A program made the translations under genes and the position numbers. DNA of 63,134 nucleotides, the filler included, from Octopus bimaculoides (lineage: Eukaryota): NCBI RefSeq assembly GCF_001194135.2. It is 7 parts of 7 records of this genome, joined end to end, with 100 filler letters (N's around TTAATTAATTAA, not from the genome) between each part and the next. Parts side by side here need not be neighbours in the genome. Positions count along the whole stretch, not along the records: positions 10,522 to 32,455 come from NC_068983.1; 6 more parts are not named here. One strand, 5' to 3'. Of this stretch, positions 12,851 through 25,147 are shown one piece after another; within the stretch, counting starts at the first letter, position 1; each line of letters starts with the position of its first letter. Under the pieces are notes generated by a model. That model saw nothing but the letters and a program-made list of their open reading frames with translations. It was not told the DNA's origin and ran no database searches.

Positions 12851-13329
12851 CCTCCACCCACCCAAACTTCACGCCTTGTGCTTAGAGTCGTACCGTGAAA
12901 GCATGTCTGACTAAATGGTTAACAAATTTGTTTCTCTATCATGAGGGATTCGGTTCGGTCCTGCTGCGTGCCATCTTGTGCAAGTGACTTTTATCATAAC
13001 TTCAAATCAACCTAAGGCTTGTAAATTAAATTTGGTGGACAGAAGCTATTTCGAAGTCCGTCTGCAATACTGTACTTATATTTTTCAAAACGTTGACTTT
13101 GCCACCGCGATGCCGCTGTTTACTTTGAGAATTATATCACGAGTACTTGCTTTTGTGGAACAGTGATGATGGTGGTGGATCTCCGTCGTTCGACTACGAA
13201 GATTCAGATGTTTGATCATCTGAATTACCTGCTCCTGAATTAACGTGTGTACTCTTAAAGTATTTCTGAGGTAGAATCAGAGCGACAGGGTGTGTGACAA
13301 GTCTGGGTCTTTTGAACCACGGGGACAAG

Positions 13330-13745
13330 GCCAGCAAGTTTTTGAAAGGAAATGAGTCGATTACATTAACTGGTACTTATTTTATCGACCCCGAAAGGAT
13401 GAAAGGCAGAGTCGACCACGGCAGAATTTGAACTCAGAACGAACAGACGGACGAAATACCGTGAAGTATTTTTTATCGGGAGTGCTAACGGTTCTGTCAG
13501 TTCGTTGCCTTTTTTCCACCCATGGATATTGGTTTACTAATATGGCACACGGCGAGTAATTTTGCAGGGGAGGGTTTAAGTCGAATACATCGAGCCTGGT
13601 GTTTAACTGGTACTTATTTTATCGACCCCAGAAAGGATGAAAGGTAAAAGCAAGCTTGGTGGTATTTGAACTCACAATATAAAATGGGAAGAAATGTTAC
13701 TAATCATTTTTGTCTGTTGCGGTAACTATTCTGCCAGCTCGCCAC
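13330..13745 (-). mobile_element. Two tandem SINE family B copies
   Basis: Two reverse-complement copies (about 13330-13510 and 13545-13745), each with ATCGACCCC.GAAAGGATGAAAGG and TTTGAACTC. Confidence 0.75.
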
Positions 13746-14979
13746 ATTATTAATACTAATAATATTACACATTAATTCAATGAGTTGGCCGCATCGTTGT
13801 TTCAAAAATTTGAAAACTCGTCGAAACCGACACAGATCCATTTACACAGTGGGTAGAAGACGCTAGTTGCATTTTACTGAGAGAAAAATAAGAATTTTTA
13901 CTTATTCCTGCTAAGCTTTGTTAGAATTCTTTCTATGCTTTATTGAATTCCCATTTCATTGTTGTTTTAATAGCTTTTCCTTTCTATATTGCAGCAATAC
14001 CAATTGTGGAATAATGGCAATGGTGCTGGAGTACAATCGATTTCATTGGCTGCCAGGATAGTTCTGGTACTTCTTTTATATTATCGACTTGGGTAGGATG
14101 AAAGGTATTCAGGAACTGAAAGAGTCCAGAATAAAACACTGTAATTTATGTAGTCAGTTGGTCTATGCTGCATCTTCTGCCGACTGGCAACCCTTACAAT
14201 GGGACGTATGTCAGGTCCCGTTGTTGCCTGAATATTAATTATATTCTGAAGAGGTTTCAGATTTAAAGAGAAGACTAGTGCTATAAGTGTAGCACTAGTC
14301 CTTGTCCGTGGGTGGAATTTTGCCTACAATCGAATTTGACGACGAAGCTAAAAAAAATGTGATTTATGCTTTAAAGCTTAAACAATTATCTGTATGTGTA
14401 ATACCCAATGTTGGTGTCACATAAGGTCACGCAAAAGGCGAGGAATCTGATCTGACTGCAAAATACAATGTACCATGTTTTGCCATAAATTATGATTATT
14501 GCGTAAACATATGCATACGTAATGACAACCTTGTCCGCACCCATGTGTACATGTGCACATATGTATGTACATATTTTCTTGTCTACCTACCTACCTACCT
14601 ACATACATACATACATACATACATACATACACCAATGGAGAAAAGTGTGGTTTCTAGCATAGAAGCAAAATTCTTTCAATGGTATTTTAACTAAATCAAA
14701 CAGGATAGTCTTGTGTATGCATACATGTATGTATGTATGTACTATGTATGTATGTATATATGTATGTATACATGCGCTTGAAACAACGTTAGATTAAAAT
14801 ACTGGCGTGTATAACATTTATAATGTATATACAAATGCAGAATGGTTCTAGCTGTAACATTATATCATTGAGAAACTTGTCAAAGAGACTTAGGTATCAA
14901 AAGAACAGTAAATGTTTTATTAACGGATTTCTATATCGAAACAAACATTTTCAACTTGGATCTGAATATCTGAGGCAGC

Positions 14980-15023
14980 CGCCGTTGAAGAGACTAAATT
15001 CAGTCGAAACAATGCATCTGGTG
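14980..15023 (+). ncRNA. Minimal type-I hammerhead-like motif (family H1)
   Basis: CGCCG-TTGAAGA-GACT(AAATTC)AGTC-GAAA-CAATGCATC-TGGTG. Stem II is perfect, stem I pairs with two G.U, core position 3 is U. Related copy at 56062-56103. Confidence 0.55.
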
Positions 15024-15159
15024 ATCCACAGGTATACCGAGCGAATCCTTGTTTTTTTTTTAAACGTCACTTTGAGAAGAATCTCTGAAACAACATACAA
15101 TGGCAACTACCGTTCTACGTTTCTATGCACATTATAAATGCTATGCACACCAATATCTT

Positions 15160-15500
15160 AATCTAAATGCTTCAAGAACACTCTCAAAGCCTCACTGAAG
15201 AGCATTGAGATCAACCCCAACACCAGGGAAATGAAAGTACAAGACCGCCCTTCCAGACAAAGCTGCACCAACAGAGGTGCCATCTCCAAAGAACAGAAGA
15301 GGATTTCAGGGACACAAAGAAAACGCCAACTACACAAGTTCAAACCCAACTCCTTGCCTTCAGTTCCGACAGACCACCAGTGCCTGACTTGCGGCAGAAC
15401 CTTCCGAGCACGCACCTAACTGATTGGCCACAGACGGCCACATCCTATCCCGTCTTCTCTCATGTGATGTCCTTGGCCACCATCGTCAATGACGACGAAC
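15160..15500 (+). pseudogene. RTE (BovB-like) LINE ORF2 C-terminus with terminal zinc-finger-like motif
   Basis: CFKNTLKASLKSIEINPNT...QDRPSRQSC...HQCLTCGRTFRART*LIGHRRPH. Confidence 0.8.
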
Positions 15501-16203
15501 CAACTAACTATAATTATTTGTTTTTTATTTAGGCGCAATGTAAAAAGTTAGGCAGGGAAGGGCTCGTCGACACCATCAATCCCAGTATTTGACCGGCACT
15601 TCATCTTATCGACCCCGAAGTCGCGAAAAACAAAATCACCCTCGAGAGGAATTCATGCTAGGAAATGAAGAACCGAAATGAATACCGCAAGATATTCATT
15701 CCAACGCTCTTAACTATTCTTCTAGTATAATTATTGTATCTAAGCATAGTATGAGGCAATTGGGTGCAGCTGTTTGGACGCTGGCAATTGAGCACGACTG
15801 ATTAGATATTCAGCCTGTTTTAACGACAGCACTTTTTGGCAGAAATACACACATGAAGATAGAAAGAGTGAGAGCGTGATGAGAGAGAAACATTAGAATA
15901 TTCTAATTGAGCACAAAAAGAGAGAAAGAGAGAATCATTAAAACATATGATGTCAAATAAGTCGAATCAGCTACGCCAAACAGGCGGCACTGAAATGACT
16001 GCGTCAAAACGTCTCATACCTATCTAAGTAGCACCACTTGATATCATCTCTAATGGTAAAAGTTACAATGGCGAAACGTGCGCAGAGAACTAATGATATA
16101 AACTGCACACTGCGTTTATCCTATTTTTCCCTATATGCATATATATGTGTGTGCATATTACATGCATAAATATGCATGTATACATATCTATCTATCTATC
16201 TAT

Positions 16204-16410
16204 CTCCGTCGTTCACACGTGCCATCCTTGCTACATTCACCCATCTTTTTTTGAAGCATTCACTAGACAAGACTTCCCTTTCTACTCTCAACTTCCTCCT
16301 CAAGTATCACCTGAAGAGGAAGTTGAGAGTAGAAAGGGAAGTCTTGTCTAGTGAATGCTTCAAAAAAAGATGGGTGAATGTAGCAAGGATGGCACGTGTG
16401 AACGACGGAG
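16204..16410. repeat. Perfect 95-bp inverted repeat with 17-nt loop
   Basis: 16204-16298 is the exact reverse complement of 16316-16410 (checked by eye). Loop is CTCAAGTATCACCTGAA. Confidence 0.95.
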
Positions 16411-16872
16411 CCATCTTGAGCATAACCCTATGAACAAGAAAAAATAAAAATAAAACAAAAAGGCAAAAGAGAGTCACTTACTGTTATAGTTTCTTCAATG
16501 AGAATATTGACCAAGGTTACCGTGGTCTTTTCCGTGGGCTTTTCCTTCCACGGCTAAACCTAAACTGTCCTCCCCTCTTTTTACACGAGAACATTACTGT
16601 GTGATACACGATCCCTATTGATCGGCCTTTCCTTTTCTTTTTTTTTCGATCCCTTTTGATCGAACTGCCCCTTTTTCCCTTCCTACGATCCCTTTTGATC
16701 GACACCACCAATTTTTTTNNNNNNNNNNATATATATCCACAATTATATATGTATATATATATGAATATATAATATATATATACATATATATATATGTATA
16801 TGTATATATATAAATACGCATATAAATATATATTATATACACATATATACAGACACAAACATATATGATTAC

Positions 16873-16908
<36 letters not shown>

Positions 16909-16929
16909 GTTTGTTTGTCTGTCTGCCTA

Positions 16930-16965
<36 letters not shown>

Positions 16966-17028
16966 CACACATACACACACACACATATATACACGCGCGC
17001 ACGCACACACGTACGCACAAGAATGTTG

Positions 17029-17110
17029 TTGATAATGACTTCGGCGTTTCGGCCAGTTAAGCCATTGTCAGACGATGGTTTATCTAACCGAAACTTCGAA
17101 GCTACAATCA
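17029..17110. ncRNA. Palindromic element with two outward-facing degenerate hammerhead-like motifs (family H2)
   Basis: Minus: CTGACAA-T-GGC(TTAACTG)GCC-GAAAC-GCCGAA-GTC-ATTATCAA. Plus: ATTGT-CAGACGA-T-GGTT(TATCT)AACC-GAAAC-TTCGAA-GCT-ACAAT. Confidence 0.5.
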
Positions 17111-17219
17111 ATGATATTATTGTATAAGAATAATAACTTCCTACTCCACAAAAATATGAAGTAACCTTTCAGATTAATGTGAAATTGTTTCTGTCATAAC
17201 TGAAGTTAAAACACACACA

Positions 17220-17268
<49 letters not shown>

Positions 17269-17697
17269 ACATACACACACGCATACATGAGTGTGTGCAT
17301 TGGGTGGGTGGGTGTGCGTTACATTTGAGTGTTATATAATGTTATAAAAAGACAATAAAAGATAATTTGTGAGAGACGCACCAGATTATATTTGTTGTCT
17401 TAACTAAATAAATTATGATTTTTATCTTCAATATTCGCTCTACGGCCCCACCCAGCTACCATCATAATCCGAGTATAAAGAATGTTAATGAGACAGTATA
17501 TTATAATGGAATCCCACTTTCCTGTTAAATATTCTTTCAAGTATCCCGTGGGGCAGCTTTGTTCTACTTTCGCTATTTTCCTACAATTAACGCTAAAAAC
17601 AGGATCACATATACACACACAAACACACACACACATGCACGCACACACAAATACATATACATAATATGCATGTGTGAGCGCGAGGTGGGAGAGGGAG

Positions 17698-17745
<48 letters not shown>

Positions 17746-19544
17746 CGTGCGCGTGTGCGCGTCTGTGTGGTATGTGTCTGTGTGTTAATTAGTGTGAAAT
17801 AAACAGGGTTAAATATTGTATGATAAACGTCCATTTTTGCAATTTAGTTCAATTGCCACCTCGGCTGACTGTGCGCGTCAGTTTTGAGTTGGAAAAGAGA
17901 CTTTAGACTCTAGATGGTGTAAAGTTAGCAGATTTTTGCTAGTCATCTCTCAACCACCAGGAAGTCGTGTTTGAAATTCCTGAGTAAGAACTTGAGTATG
18001 TGTCGGCAAATCGAAATTAATTATTATTTAACATTCTAATAAGGTGACTGCTGATGTGGGATTTTTCTGTAAACAGAAGCTGCAACCCTTTTATTATTTC
18101 TCAAAGATGCACTGATCCTGTGTTTATTCCCAGTTCGTTAGCAATTTCTTGGATTGTTACATTACAGATTTTCCTAACTATTCACCGAACCTAGATAACC
18201 TGCCTGAGGGTGCCTCACTGTCTTCTGAGTTTGAAGACTATGTTTGAAGCGATTGTACCGCTCCTTGATCTGAGTTTTGCCCAGGGATAGTTTGAGCTTG
18301 AGTATCACCAAGCTTTTGGCAAAACTTGATGCAATATCTCTGCTCGATGCGTTTAGTAAAAACAAAAGTCCGACGAGTGAGTACTACACGTCTGTATTCC
18401 TGATGTAACGGCTGGGAACTGACGCAACCTGCTGGCGTGAAAGTTTTGACGCATGCATAGAAAGGGTGGTGTCACCTCCCACCCAAAGGATTTTGCCCAT
18501 ACGGCATTAGTTTTGACGGAAAAAAATAAAGTTGGATATTTTTTGAACGCACCTCGAATGTGTCTGATCTAACACTATTCGTGAGATAGAGATGGATTTC
18601 CCCCCCACTTGTATTTCAATTTCTAAATATGTTTTTAGAGTGGTTTAGGGATTTCCACAAGGCCATGACGGAATGGGCTGATGTGATTTCAGCTTTAGAC
18701 TACACAGATAAGTAATAGGGGACTCTTAAAGGATCATTATGCAAATCACAAATTCAACCTTAAATTTAGAAATAAAAAAACTTAATGTACATTTCAGGCC
18801 CATTTTAGCCCACAGTAACAAATACATGAACAAAAGAAGTTTCTGCAGTCTCTGTAGCAACAAAACATTCCCAATATTAGCTAAAACAATAAACATTTTA
18901 AACAGAAAATCCGAGTTCATGTCCAATTACCGTCATGAAAATAAACTTTATTTCTTTAAAACAATAATAAAGAAACACTGTAACCAAATTAATTCGTTGA
19001 ATATATGCTACTTTAAGCGACCTGATAAACTTGATGAAATCAACTGAAAGTCCACAACAGTCAATAGATCCAACTCCAGCCATATCAGTTGATCGTAGCA
19101 GAGCACATAGCACTAAAAAACAGCCTTGTTTGAGGATTGCTTCATAGCATGAAACACTGAATAATGAGATCTGAAGCGATGCGAGCATATATACAGAATA
19201 AGTTTACTCTACGCTACCTATTAAATTCTTTTCAATTTATTCGTACATGCGTGTTTCGTATACAGTTATATATTACTGTTGTTTATTGTAATAATACAAA
19301 AACATAAACAAGCTCATTATATTTACTTATAAGGACCATTTGGCGTCTATTGTATATGTGTCGCATGTAAAATAAACAGAATTACAGACCGATTCCTAAA
19401 GATTTCGTACAATCAATATTATGGTAGATTCTGCGGATGTCTAGGCTTTTGTACAACACATGCGCATAGGTATGTATGATTTCAAGTTTCCTTTCAACAT
19501 TCCTCACATATATACACACACGCTCTCATAGAGACACGCCAATA

Positions 19545-19737
19545 AACGCAGGCGTGACTGTGTGGTAAGGCGCTTGCTTCCCAACCACATGATTCCGGAT
19601 TAAGTCCCACCGTGTGGCAGCTTGGGCAAGTGTCTTCAACTTGAGCCTTGAGCTTTGAGCCGATCAAAGCTTTGTGAGTGGATTTGGTAGACGGAAACTG
19701 AAAGAAGCCCGTTGTATATATGTATATATATATATAT
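19545..19737 (+). mobile_element. SINE family A head, runs into a gap
   Basis: GCAGGCGTGACTGTGTGGTAAG...GGATTTGGTAGACGGAAACTGAAAGAAGCCCGTTGTATATA. Confidence 0.85.
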
Positions 19738-19992
19738 NNNNNNNNNNNNNNNNNNNNNNNNNNNNNNNNNNNNNNNNNNNNNNNNNNNNNNNNNNNNNNN
19801 NNNNNNNNNNNNNNNNNNNNNNNNNNNNNNNNNNNNNNNNNNNNNNNNNNNNNNNNNNNNNNNNNNNNNNNNNNNNNNNNNNNNNNNNNNNNNNNNNNNN
19901 NNNNNNNNNNNNNNNNNNNNNNNNNNNNNNNNNNNNNNNNNNNNNNNNNNNNNNNNNNNNNNNNNNNNNNNNNNNNNNNNNNNNNNNNNNNN

Positions 19993-20067
<75 letters not shown>

Positions 20068-20074
20068 CATAGCG

Positions 20075-20335
20075 GTTATCTACTCCTTACACAGAGTTTG
20101 ACCACCTCCTGCACCTACACCTTAGCCACTTCATGGCGTCTGATGTGGCTTTTTATACCAGACAATGCTCTGAAAAAACACCCACACAGATTGCACCTCT
20201 GATTTGTACTACCAATACCTGCAGGTAAGTTCTGCTCCTTGTGGATCCTAACATGTCTTTTAAGACCCCCATTGGATTTGCAAGCCCTCTGGCACACACC
20301 ACATTCAAATGTGTGCACAGACATAATTACGTTGA
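20075..20335 (-). pseudogene. Two tandem C2H2 zinc fingers, probably a LINE ORF2 C-terminal remnant
   Basis: FECGVCQRACKSNGGLKRHVRIH...RCNLCGCFFRALSGIKSHIRRH then stop. The non-TGEKP linker and microsatellite flanks suggest a LINE tail (inference). Confidence 0.55.
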
Positions 20336-20416
20336 AATATGAAGATTTACTTTCATTTTCCCATATATATATACACATATACATACACACACATATATAT
20401 ACATATATACAAATAC

Positions 20417-20456
<40 letters not shown>

Positions 20457-20469
20457 ATATATATAGGAA

Positions 20470-21253
20470 GGTACCCCTTAATATTATAACTACTCCTCAT
20501 TCAAAAGATGAATGGAGGCATAACGTTGCCATCACTAGTGATCACTCCAAACACCATGATGTTGACTGGATGTTTAATTTTTATCACTCTCGCTACATGC
20601 TTTGGGGGACACGGCAAACCAACAGTTGTTCTGTGTGTTGACCATCTGATCCTGGCAGAAATTTTTCTCGTCTGGGAAAAACCAAAGCATGTTCGGTTGG
20701 CGGGGATGCTTGAGTTTATTCAAAAGCTTTGTAATGCGGGCTTGACTCTTGTCCTTGATGGCTTCAAATAAAAATTGGCCCTTTCTCATCTTGCATGAGG
20801 AATACTGAATGTCTTCATGCACTACCTGGCGATGGACCTAATGGACTTGGATGGATCATTGTCAAACATGGCCTGGATCTCACCAACAAATTCAGGAGTT
20901 CTTTTCTTATCAGAACGATCAGAGTGAGTTCTTCGCACTATCATCCCTTCGTAATCCTCATTAGACTCATTCAACTCTTTCCAAATCCTCTGCACTTCCT
21001 CAGATTGACACCCAAACCCTCTGAAATGTTCGTATTGGAGCTTCCGGTGCGAATACCAAGCAGTACAGCATGTCGTTTCCAAATTTCTGGCAACGTGAAA
21101 TGAGCCATGGGGCTGTTTTTCTCACAGACGGTGCCCAACTGACCCTACTATACTGTGTAGTCAACAAAATCAAAAACAAACAATGTGCATGCACAAAATT
21201 AAAAACATAATTAAAAATATAAAATGGCGACAATTTACACAGCGCATCTTGTA
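20470..21253 (-). mobile_element. Tc1/mariner (maT/DD37D-like) transposon remnant, 3' truncated
   Basis: RTPEFVGEIQAMFDNDPSKSIRSIAR...HEDIQYSSCKMRKGQFL...LWFFPDEKNF...KHPVNIMVFGVITSDGNVMPPFIF. TIR-like end at about 21225-21251 followed by TA. Confidence 0.85.
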
Positions 21254-21254
21254 T

Positions 21255-21486
21255 AGATCTGTGTGTATGTCTTTGTGTCAGTGTATGTCTTCCGCATCCC
21301 CGCCCCATCACCGCTTGGAACCGGTGTTGGTGTATTTACATCCCAGTAACTTAGTAGTTTGACAAAAGAGAACTGGTAGAATAAGTACTAGGCTTTCAAA
21401 AAAGTTCTGGGGTCGATTTGTTCGACTAGAAAAACCCATCAAGGCGGTGCTCCAGCATGGCCACAGTCAAGTGACTGAAACAAGGA
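21255..21486 (+). mobile_element. SINE family A tail
   Basis: ...GGTGTATTTACATCCCAGTAACTTAG...GGTGCTCCAGCATGGCCACAGTCAAGTGACTGAAACAAG. Confidence 0.8.
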
Positions 21487-21737
21487 AATTTAATTTAATT
21501 TAGTTTAATTTAGCTACATAATACTTTGCCTAATTGCTTGTCTTTCCTCACTACTTTGACCTGTACCTGCTGACTCAATGGGAAGCCACTTCTAGCCGCT
21601 TTAAAGAAGACAGTCACATACCTAAATTTCAAATGCTGTTCAAACGGAAATTTTAGTGGCACACGTTTCAGCACTCAGAACACATACCTGTTAGTGTAAG
21701 TCAACCTGATGAAAACTTCTCCTATTCTTTATATATA

Positions 21738-21957
21738 CAATAATCCCACGCCATATCACGGTTCACCTATTGCGCACTCAGTACATCGCGGTTCATCTAT
21801 CGCGCATTCAGTACATCGTGGATTTTTCTGGCTAATATATGTAAATTTATATCGCGGACTCCTCACTATATCCGGTTTTGTGTGGCCGATAGGTTTTTAT
21901 ATCTTTTTCTGTGGGAGGTTTTGGAACGTAACACCCGCGATAGTCGAGGGATTACTG
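21738..21957. mobile_element. pogo/Tigger-like MITE with an internal 30-bp tandem repeat
   Basis: Ends CAATAATCCCACGCCATATCACGG / CCCGCGATAGTCGAGGGATTACTG. Unit CACGGTTCACCTATTGCGCACTCAGTACAT occurs about 2.3 times. Confidence 0.55.
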
Positions 21958-21960
21958 GGT

Positions 21961-22056
<96 letters not shown>

Positions 22057-23417
22057 GTATGTATGTATGTATAAAGTTAAAAGTAAAAGAGTCAAAAGGA
22101 AGAGTAAGTACGGTTAAGCAGCTATTTAATCACTACAAATGTATCGATACATACAGATCCTCGAATATACAAGATTTAATGTTTAAATTAAATTATGTAA
22201 CGATTTACCTGTATAAGAAGATGTATATGTATCTCCTCAAGCGATACTCAGTTGCTGTCTCCGTAAGTAAATCTAGATTTCCATGCTACAACATCCATGG
22301 CTTCCTCTTTCAACTGACTATATATATACACACAAGAGAGAAAAAAGCCAGGTCAGTTCCTCCTCATTTTTGCGATTTCCATATATATACATATATATGG
22401 AAATATGTATATTTCCATATATGTATTTTCATACTTACACTGTTTTAAACATTTTCATCTTATTATCAGAGAATGTGTGATAATCAGTATGTAACACTAC
22501 AAAGTTCATACAAAGCTTTATACTTTAAATATATTCCTCTCATTATCATCAAAGAATGTATATATGCATTTTAATATTCAAACTGTTTTTTAACATTTTT
22601 TATTATTCTCAAAGACTTTTGATAATCTTTTTCTAAAAAAGTGAAACCGGTTAAGTAAATAAATATCTTTAAAATAAGTGCATTTTCAAACCTTCTTTCA
22701 TATATATANNNNNNNNNNNNNNNNNNNNNNNNNNNNNNNNNNNNNNNNNNNNNNNNNNNNNNNNNNNNNNNNNNNNNNNNNNNNNNNNNNNNNNNNNNNN
22801 NNNNNNNNNNNNNNNNNNNNNNNNNNNNNNNNNNNNNNNNNNNNNNNNNNNNNNNNNNNNNNNNNNNNNNNNNNNNNNNNNNNNNNNNNNNNNNNNNNNN
22901 NNNNNNNNNNNNNNNNNNNNNNNNNNNNNNNNNNNNNNNNNNNNNNNNNNNNNNNNNNNNNNNNNNNNNNNNNNNNNNNNNNNNNNNNNNNNNNNNNNNN
23001 NNNNNNNNNNNNNNNNNNNNNNNNNNNNNNNNNNNNNNNNNNNNNNNNNNNNNNNNNNNNNNNNNNNNNNNNNNNNNNNNNNNNNNNNNNNNNNNNNNNN
23101 NNNNNNNNNNNNNNNNNNNNNNNNNNNNNNNNNNNNNNNNNNNNNNNNNNNNNNNNNNNNNNNNNNNNNNNNNNNNNNNNNNNNNNNNNNNNNNNNNNNN
23201 NNNNNNNNNNNNNNNNNNNNNNNNNNNNNNNNNNNNNNNNNNNNNNNNNNNNNNNNNNNNNNNNNNNNNNNNNNNNNNNNNNNNNNNNNNNNNNNNNNNN
23301 NNNNNNNNNNNNATAATCTATGTATATATTAAGCAGAACAACAAAAGTTATAATAGATGGCAGGGTCGGTACTTTTCACATATCTGTAATTTTTCAGATT
23401 AACACCCGCACGATTAC

Positions 23418-23567
23418 CCAACTCTAACCCTAGACCTAATCCTAACACTAACCCTAACACTAACCCTAACCCCTAACCCTAACCCTAACCCTGACCCTAA
23501 AAAACGTAACTGTAACATTAATCCTAAACCCTAACCCTGACCCTAAAACCCTAACCCTAACACCCTA
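23418..23567. repeat. Interstitial telomere-like (CCCTAA)n, degenerate
   Basis: Runs of CCCTAA with CACTAA and CCCTGA variants. Confidence 0.85.
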
Positions 23568-24413
23568 GTGAAAATCGTGGTAAATTTACAAAACATTGAC
23601 GAACATGAGTTATATTTTACTGAATGATTGTGTATGCTTTTGCGAGAGCGAGAGGGGAAGAGGTAGAGAGGGGGAGAGAAAGGAATAGGGGTAGTTAAAA
23701 GTTTTCTTATGACTGCTTCTCTTCACTGCCTATTACTTCATTAGAAATCTAAGGATGCACATAAGCACATAATAGAGAAAAATGAAACAAATATGGACGA
23801 CTTGCTCCGAAACACCACCNNNNNNNNNNNNNNNNNNNNNNNNNNNNNNNNNNNGGGAACACTTCTCAAAAATAACCTGCAGTTGTTTCCTTCAAAATTC
23901 TTACATGCATGAAATGTACATACATCAAGGTACATTTGTACAAAATTTCATGAAAAAATATTCATTTTCCTGGAAGTTAAGAGGAATTTAAGTGATATTT
24001 CCGAATATTGTACCCCACCCACTTCCAAAACACTTTCACCGAAATTTTTTGAGAGAGCGAGAGAGGAAGAGGGGGAGAAATGAATAGAGATTGAGAGCAA
24101 TGTGTATGTTGTTGTCACAGGTCATGTATGTGTGGTTGTGTGTGTTTTTACGTATCTATGTTATGAAAAATAGGTAAAGAATACCGAGATGAAAGTTTAA
24201 TCTATGACGTTGTATGTATCACTTCCTCTCTCTCTCTCCCTCTCCCTCTTTTACTCTTACTCACTATATTTTTATGTTGAGCGCGTGTGGAAGAATGGCG
24301 TTCCAGGTAGAAAGGATGAAATATAAAAGTTGCTAGAAACAACAGCCAAATCTCCCTTAAATCACACAAAGTAAACGGAATTTTAAAAATCTAATTACTG
24401 CACNNNNNNNNNN

Positions 24414-24444
<31 letters not shown>

Positions 24445-24992
24445 CACACACATACATGTATATATACACATACATACATACATACATACATACATACATA
24501 CATACATACAAAATCAAACTGACGCGTAAAAAGACACCAAGCAAATCTGAAATAGGTTACAATTTCGGTTTATTGTAAGCTTCGCCCTCTGGCGGTGTCT
24601 TAACTAAAAGTCTAACTGAACTATAAATACAGTCTAAAGCTATAAAATATAAAAAAGTAATCTACTATCTAACTTAATTGTAGTTCTTTAGACTCGTTGA
24701 TTTTTTTTTTCCTGGAAGATTTTACATATGACAATAAATTATGGTACCTGTTTAAAGCTAGATTGAATGGGTTTAGGCGACATGAGAATTAAATATCTAT
24801 TGGTTAACGATGCATTGTAGTGCAGGTATGAGGATACGAATTGTCGATTTGTTTGTTTATTGATTATCCAATATTCAACTTAACGTTTCGATTTTCTAAG
24901 CTTTCCGATTTGTATCTCGATAAATTTTAGACTATAACCTTTCCAACTGAATTTCAACTCTTTAACGTTTGAGACATTGGTTTTTTTTTTAA

Positions 24993-25147
24993 AGCGGTGA
25001 GCTGGCAGAAACGTTAGCACGTCGGACGAAATGCTTAGCAGTATTTCGTCTGTCTTTTCCTTATGAATTCAAATTGCGCCGAGGTCGACTTTGCCTTTCA
25101 TCTTTTCGGGGTCGATAAATTAAGTACCAGTTGCGTACTCGGTCGAT
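24993..25147 (+). mobile_element. SINE family B, cut by a gap
   Basis: GCGGTGAGCTGGCAGAAACGTTAGCACGTCGGACGAAATGCTTAG... Confidence 0.85.

Noticed and set aside
18166-18247. TTACAG followed by DFPNYSPNLDNLPEGASLSSEFEDYV*, a possible terminal exon
   Set aside because: Protein-like but no recognisable family and no linked exons.
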